From NCBI GenBank assembly GCA_963747095.1, contig CAVVEL010000022.1, forward strand, positions 145,193-209,192: a DNA stretch of 64,000 nucleotides, written 5' to 3'. A program made the position numbers and the translations under genes. This stretch comes from Terriglobia bacterium (GTDB lineage: Bacteria > Acidobacteriota > Terriglobia > JAJPHL01). The notes beneath the pieces are model-generated. The model was not told where the DNA came from and made no database searches. It worked only from the letters and a program-made list of their open reading frames with translations. Positions 58,453 to 64,000 of the stretch are shown here, piece by piece (the first letter of the stretch is position 1; the number at the start of each line of letters is the position of its first letter).

Positions 58453-59453
58453 CAGCGGGCGATCCTTTCCGGCAACGGAATCGAGTTCAGGCATTCCAAA
58501 GCTTGTTCCAGAGTCGCGTAGCACATTGAATAAGCACCGGAGCGAACCGCTCTGCGGATCGTGCGTTCGCTGGCCTCAATGACACTCGGCTCGTCTATGG
58601 CCAGATTGCGCCCGAAAAAAAGGCGGCGGTGGGTCTCTTCCGGGGAAACTCGTTCCAACGCCGTTAGCGTGGGTGCCGTGCGGCGGTCGAGAAATACGAT
58701 GGGCCCGGGTTCCGCGTGCGTCGCCAAGCGCCCGGGAAGAATTTGCTCTGTGGGAACAGCCACAAATTCGTTATCATTCGCGCGGTGCGACACCGGCAGG
58801 TGGCCCAATTCGGGGAACAGCTTGCGCGCCGGAAGGCGCAACCGCAGGCGCGACGGGTTTCCCAGCAGGCCGGGATTGTCGGCGGCGTTGAGCAGCCACA
58901 CGCCATTGTCGGAAAGCAACTGATAGCCGGATTTGGCACAAAAGTAGGCCAGCGTGCTTTTGCCGGCCGTGGAATTTCCCGCCAGGCAAATCCCCAGACC
59001 GTCGCGAACCACGCCAGCGGCGTGCAGCGGCGTGGCCCAATGCCGCTGGATGGTCATGTAAACGAAGCTTTCGAGAAAGTCGGTACAGAAATAGTCGCGC
59101 TCGTCCAACAGGGCCGCGGAGAAGTAAGCGGTCGCTTCGCGGCGTCCCAGATCGCAAACCATGAAGTTTTCCGGACCGCTGACTACCGTGAAGAGATCGC
59201 CCGAACCACGATAGGAATGCCGCGGCCAAGGCGGACCCGCCGTGGCCCCCGGGTCGCAGAGCGCCCGGAAACGCAACGGGGGACTTTGCGGAGCCCCCTC
59301 GCCGAAGATGCCGAAGCTGGCGGCGGCGTGCGCCAGCACGCGCGCATCGTTGGTCTCGACCTCCAGCGGGAAGCCGAGAGGATAGCAGACCATGCGCAAG
59401 GGCGTAGCCAGTAGCCGCAAGAGCGGGTCGTTAATAATTGTTGTATCCGGCAT
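58452..59453 (-). CDS. HPr kinase C-terminal-domain-like (HprK-related) P-loop protein
   Basis: 'LHAAGVVRDGLGICLAGNSTAGKSTLAYF...GYQLLSDN'. Confidence 0.65.
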   Translation of the reverse strand: MPDTTIINDPLLRLLATPLRMVCYPLGFPLEVETNDARVLAHAAASFGIFGEGAPQSPPLRFRALCDPGATAGPPWPRHSYRGSGDLFTVVSGPENFMVCDLGRREATAYFSAALLDERDYFCTDFLESFVYMTIQRHWATPLHAAGVVRDGLGICLAGNSTAGKSTLAYFCAKSGYQLLSDNGVWLLNAADNPGLLGNPSRLRLRLPARKLFPELGHLPVSHRANDNEFVAVPTEQILPGRLATHAEPGPIVFLDRRTAPTLTALERVSPEETHRRLFFGRNLAIDEPSVIEASERTIRRAVRSGAYSMCYATLEQALECLNSIPLPERIAR

Positions 59454-59814
59454 AACAGTTCTACGAAACGTTGACCGTTATGGCGATTGTACAACAGGCT
59501 CGGCCGGACGCGATCGTCTTTTGGAAGAACGAAGGGCCGCCGGGCGGCCCAAGCCTGCCGCTCGAATCTTCCCGTTTGGATTGGCTGGCCCAAGCCGATG
59601 CATGGCCTTGTTTCCGAGATGCCCGTTTCCCGTCAACTTCACGCCGGACATCCCAACTTCCGATGGCCCGTCATCCGGCCACAATCGGGAGATCGGCGCG
59701 AACCGCTCTTCGACGGCTTGACGACATCCCGGCATTTGGATCGCGAATCCCTTCAGTCTGGTTCTAAGTTCGGTCCTGGTTTTTCGGGCGGAGATTGTGA
59801 AACCTCCGCCTCTC

Positions 59815-61627
59815 TTAGTTGGTCGCAAGCGATAAACGGAAAGCCGCCATCTCCTCGCCGTTGCGGACCAAGACGGTATCGCCAACCAGCACCGGATGAT
59901 TCCAAGTCTTCCCTTCGATCGCTTTGAACCGCGCCATCTCTTTGAACTCCGCGGGGTCGCGGAGACCAAGGCGAGTTCGCCCTCTTCCGATAACACCAGC
60001 AGCAAATCCTGATCGGGCAACAGGACCAGCTGGCCGTTGCCGTAGCGTCCGCCCTTCCACTTGCGCTCGCCGTCCTTGAGATCGATGCAGGCCAGGATAC
60101 TGCCGTCGAAGCCGAAGGCATGGCCGTTGTGAACCACGTAGTCATTGAAGTAGGGCTTTAGCCCGCGAGAAGTCCACACCTCTGTGACGGTCCAACCACT
60201 GGGCCCGTTCGCGACCGCGAGGCGCTGCACGCCCTTTCCTCGCATCATGTCTCCCTCAGCGCTTAGGAGGCCGCCGTCGGCGGTCAAGGCTGGCTGAAGG
60301 ATGGAGACGCCCGGCTCCAGCCAAGGATGATTCCAGAGCACCTTGCCGTCTGTCGGCGCGACGCCGTTGGTACCGGCGCCATTCAAAAACACGATCTGCG
60401 CGACGCCGCCGATTGTCAGCAGTTGCGGCGAACTGTAGCTGCCGCGACCTTCTTTCTGAATCCAGCGGGGAGCGCCGGTCGAGCGGTCGTATGCCGCAAG
60501 CCGTCCAGAAGTGGCGACAATCACCAGGTCATCCACCACCAGAGGCGAGCCCGAGAAGCCGTAGTCGGGTCTCGTTGCGCCGGTATCGGACGAGGCGTTG
60601 CGCGTCCACACGACGGCGCCATTGCGGGCGTCGAGTGCGTTGAAGATTCCCGTCGCACCCAATGCATAGACGCGTCCACCATGGAGAGCCGGCGTTCCGC
60701 GCGGCCCAGCGCCGCTACCCGGGTCGTAAAAGCGGATCGCGTCGCGATGCGTCCACACCGGCTTGCCGGTGGACGCGTCATAGCAGGCGACAACTTCGAA
60801 TTCGCCGCGTTGTTCCTGGGTGTAGATGCGTCCGTCGCCGACGGCAAACGACGACCAGCCCGGTCCTACCGGGCGGCGCCACATTTCCTTCGGCGGCGAC
60901 GCCGACCAGTTGGTTTCAATCCGCACGCCGGAGACGACGCTGTCGCGATGGGGTCCGCGAAATCCGGGCCAGTCAATGTGTGAGTTCGCTGCTTCCGCCA
61001 TCTCCGGGAGCGCTGCCTTGGGCACAACCGGAGACGTCTTGGGCGCGGCCGGAGTTTCTGCGGGAGTTACCGGAACCGGGACTGCCGCCGGAACCGCGAC
61101 CGGTTCGCTGGCGGCCCGAGCTAATAGCAGTTCTTCGGAGGTCTGCTTCCAGCGCCAGCTTATTTGCGGACGCCCTCCGCCCGTTACGCCATCGGTTCGC
61201 ACGAGCGCCCAGAACCCGCAAGCCGCCAGGATCGCCACGACCAGCGCCAGACGTCGAGGGCCGGTGCCCAGGGAGCGGCTGAATACTGCCCAAACTACCA
61301 GCGCGAGGCACAGACCCGGGACGACCAGGATCACGAACATCAGGCCAACCGACGAATGGAGAAGCCCCGGGATCCTTCGAGCCCGGCAACCGCAACGATG
61401 ATGAGAAGCACCGCGCTCCATCGCTCGGCATGCGGCACTCGGCTGAAGAATGCCCACCACAGCACTACAACCAATCCCAACAGGAATCCGCCCGCCAATC
61501 CGAACGGCGCGGCGTCCGGCGCGATGATCGGTACGACACACCAAGCCAGCCACTGCAGCACCACGGCGGCCACGCCGGGCCACAACCGGAGGGGTTTTCT
61601 AGAAGGAGTGTTTGCGTTTGAGTCCAC
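59815..61627 (-). CDS. 4-TM N-terminal domain + Pro/Ala/Thr linker + PQQ-like beta-propeller protein (paralog 1), two frameshifts (~61365 and ~59950)
   Basis: True N-terminus in ORF 61340..61627 ('RKPLRLWPGVAAVVLQWLAW...'), matching paralog 2. Propeller 'PGFRGPHRDSVVSGVRI...GRIYTQEQRGEFEVVACYDASTGKPVW'. C-terminal 'EFKEMARFKAIEGKTWNHPVLVGDTVLVRNGEEMAAFRLSL' lies in ORF 59815..60060; a C-run indel separates it. Confidence 0.65.
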
Positions 61628-61947
61628 GGTCCCTTTCTTACGGTAGACGCTTCAGCGCTTCGGTCGTTTCTTTCAACTGGGCGCCAGTTTCTGGGCCATC
61701 AGGTAGCTCTGTTTCGCTTCCGCTTTCTTGCCCTGCTTCTCCCGGATCATTCCGAGACAATACCATGCGCTGCCGAGTTTCGGCTCGTCGTCCGCTGGTG
61801 TGTATGCGAGATATTTGCGAACGGCTTCTTCGCGGCGCGCATAATTCGCTTCCGATCGCGCCGCGAGGCGTCCAATGCGGAAGTAGGTGGGCAGGTACGC
61901 GGCGTCCAGCGAGAGCGCGGTTTCGTATTCCTGCTGCGACGTTCCTC

Positions 61948-63828
61948 TTAGCGCCGCTCCAAAGTCAGCCGGAACGCAGCCATCTCCTGGCCGTTGCGAA
62001 CCAGCAGTTCGTCGCCAGCCAGCGCCGGGTGGCTCCAGGTCTTGCCCTCGATCCCTGGAACCCGAGCCAGTTCCTTGAACTGGTCAGGGGTCGCCGAGAC
62101 CAACGCCAGATCGCCTTCTTCCGCCAACACCAGCAGCACGTCCTGGTCGGGCAACAGAACCAGCTGGCCGGCGCCGTAGCGTCCGCCCTTCCACTTGCGC
62201 GTGCCGTCCTTGAGATCGATGCAGGTCATGATGCTGCCGTCAAAGCCGTAGACATAGCCTTTATGAACGACGTAGTCGCTGAAGTTGGGCTTCAGAAAGT
62301 TCGACGTCCAGCGTTCTTCGGCGGTCCAGCCGCTGGGTCCGTGCGCGACCGCGACGCGGCGCACGCCGACTCCTGCGAGTGCCTCGCCGGCGGCCATGAG
62401 CAAGTCACTGTCCGAGATCATGGCCGGCTGCGCGATGCGGGTGTCCGTCTTCCACGGGTACTGCCAAAGCAGCTTGCCGTCGGCCGGGGCCATGCTGATC
62501 GCGCCATGTCCGCTCATCAGCAGGACCTGCGCGACTCCGTCGATCGTCACGAGATGAGGCGAACTGTAGCCGTCGCCGCCGGCGGGGCCGGTCCAGCGCG
62601 GTTTGCCGGTGGCCAAGTCGAAGGCGGCGAGCTTGCCTTGGACGCCGACGATTAGCTCGTCATCAACCACCAACGGCGAACTGGTGAAACCCCAGACCGG
62701 AACCTTCGTGTTGGTGTCAGTGGCCGCGTTGCGCGACCATACCACCGCGCCGGTAAGAGCGTCGAGAGCTTTCAAGATCCCTGTCGCGCCAAACGCATAG
62801 ACACGTCCCTGGTGAAGAGTCGGCGTCCCGCGTGGACCCGGGCCGCCATTCGACTCGTAAAACCGGGCTTCGTCTCGATGGATCCACACCGGCTTACCGG
62901 TGGCCGCGTTGTAGCAGGAGACGACCTCGTCGTTGCCGCGTTGTTCCTGGGTGTAGATGAGGCCGCCATGGACCGCAAAGGACGACCAGCCCGGCCCGAT
63001 CGGCCGGCGCCATAGCTCGGCCGGCGGCGACGCCGACCAGTCGGTGGCGATCCGCAAGCCGGGGATAATGGCGTCGCGATTAGGCCCGCGAAAGCCGGGC
63101 CACTCGGGGCCGGTTTCCGTAGCAACTGGAGTCGCCAGAGCAGGTTTAGTCGCTGCCGGGGTAGCCTTAGTCGCTGCCGTGGCTTCTTTGGTCGCCGCCG
63201 GAGTTGCCGTAGGAGTTGCCAGGGCCGCCGCCGGAGCCGCTGCCGGAGTTGCCAGTGCCGTTACCGGCGCTGCCACGAGCGGCTCATTGGCGGCTTGCGC
63301 CAAGAACCGTTCCTCCGGAGTCTGCGACCAGCGCCAATGGAGGTCGTGCTTGAAGTGGCTGGTGAAGCCACCGGTCCGGGCGCACGCCCATCCTCCACAC
63401 GCGATCAGGATGGCGGCGGCCAGCGTCGCACGACGAAGCCCGTCCGACAGAGGCAGACGGCTGGTGGCCACTGCCCACGCGACCAAGGCAAGGCCCACGG
63501 TCGGCGGCGCCAAAGCGAATAGGAAGAGGAACCCCATCGAACCGGTGGCGATGGACTTGTCGAGGATGAACGACGTCCCGTACATCGCGACGATAATCAA
63601 GACCAGGGCGCCCAGGCGCTCGGACCATGGCGCCCGGCTGAAGAACAGCCACCACAGAAGGATAGCCACCGCACAACCGAGGCTGCCAAATAGGGAGATG
63701 AGGACCTCGTCAGGCGCGACGATGGGGACGACAAACTTGGACAGCAATAGCAGCACCGCCAGGGCCACGGCGGGCCATAGGCGGAGCGGCTTGCGAGGAT
63801 TCGGTTCGTTAGTTTGAGAAGTAGTCAT
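61948..63828 (-). CDS. 4-TM + PQQ-like beta-propeller protein (paralog 2, intact)
   Basis: Collinear with paralog 1 from 'RKPLRLWPAVALAVLLLLSKF' to 'GKTWSHPALAGDELLVRNGQEMAAFRLTL'. Confidence 0.7.
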   Translation of the reverse strand: MTTSQTNEPNPRKPLRLWPAVALAVLLLLSKFVVPIVAPDEVLISLFGSLGCAVAILLWWLFFSRAPWSERLGALVLIIVAMYGTSFILDKSIATGSMGFLFLFALAPPTVGLALVAWAVATSRLPLSDGLRRATLAAAILIACGGWACARTGGFTSHFKHDLHWRWSQTPEERFLAQAANEPLVAAPVTALATPAAAPAAALATPTATPAATKEATAATKATPAATKPALATPVATETGPEWPGFRGPNRDAIIPGLRIATDWSASPPAELWRRPIGPGWSSFAVHGGLIYTQEQRGNDEVVSCYNAATGKPVWIHRDEARFYESNGGPGPRGTPTLHQGRVYAFGATGILKALDALTGAVVWSRNAATDTNTKVPVWGFTSSPLVVDDELIVGVQGKLAAFDLATGKPRWTGPAGGDGYSSPHLVTIDGVAQVLLMSGHGAISMAPADGKLLWQYPWKTDTRIAQPAMISDSDLLMAAGEALAGVGVRRVAVAHGPSGWTAEERWTSNFLKPNFSDYVVHKGYVYGFDGSIMTCIDLKDGTRKWKGGRYGAGQLVLLPDQDVLLVLAEEGDLALVSATPDQFKELARVPGIEGKTWSHPALAGDELLVRNGQEMAAFRLTLERR

Positions 63829-64000
63829 AAGACAGTCCTTTCTTGCTGTGGCCCAAGTCGTTACCTCCTGGCTTTGAACCCTGGCGACACCCCACCATCC
63901 ATTCCGTAGTTACCGCGGTACTCATGGTCTTTACTCCTTATGCGAGTTATGAAATGAAGTTCATGCGAATCACATGGGTTCCCGATAGCGGCGCAGCCGG

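Noticed and set aside
61612-62655. 347-aa + strand ORF antisense to PQQ paralog 2
   Set aside because: Junk composition; the opposite-strand protein is collinear with its paralog.

Overview
High-GC window, Acidobacteria-like; the Soli_cterm-type secreted protein and TonB/CarboxypepD_reg genes suggest a Solibacter-like organism. It splits into three parts. (i) 1-27.5 kb is an accessory, defence-island-like region. It holds a tightly coupled + strand operon (1-8704) with a P-loop NTPase, several unknown proteins and a giant protein carrying a PD-(D/E)xK-like motif and a C-terminal HerA/FtsK-type ATPase. Convergent on it is a - strand signalling operon (8717-18216): sensor kinases, REC, REC-GAF3-HK, REC-REC-TIR, REC-AlbA_2 (Schlafen-like) and a 6-TM SLATT-like membrane protein. 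After that come a truncated TIR-P-loop (STAND-like) fragment, an orphan frameshifted hsdR with a YgjP-like metallohydrolase, a Ser/Thr kinase-TPR-TIR-TM giant protein, and tRNA-Ser(GCU). (ii) 28-41 kb holds housekeeping/secreted genes (APC permease, HEAT-repeat protein, tandem CxxCH paralogs, sulfatase) mixed with palindromic MITE/REP-like repeats, decayed toxin-antitoxin modules, Uma2 and Mrr nuclease genes. (iii) 41-64 kb is a cell-envelope locus: S9 peptidase, two Wzy/O-antigen-ligase-like genes, GT4s, Wzz-like protein, sugar transferase, MFS, PF14907-like nucleotidyltransferase, TonB-dependent receptor, HprK-related kinase and two PQQ-propeller membrane paralogs. At least ~15 single-nucleotide frameshifts split genes, often at homopolymer runs, so sequencing/assembly indels are suspected; I merged the split ORFs where the protein sequence clearly continues. 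Coordinates of non-coding repeats are approximate (+/- a few nt).
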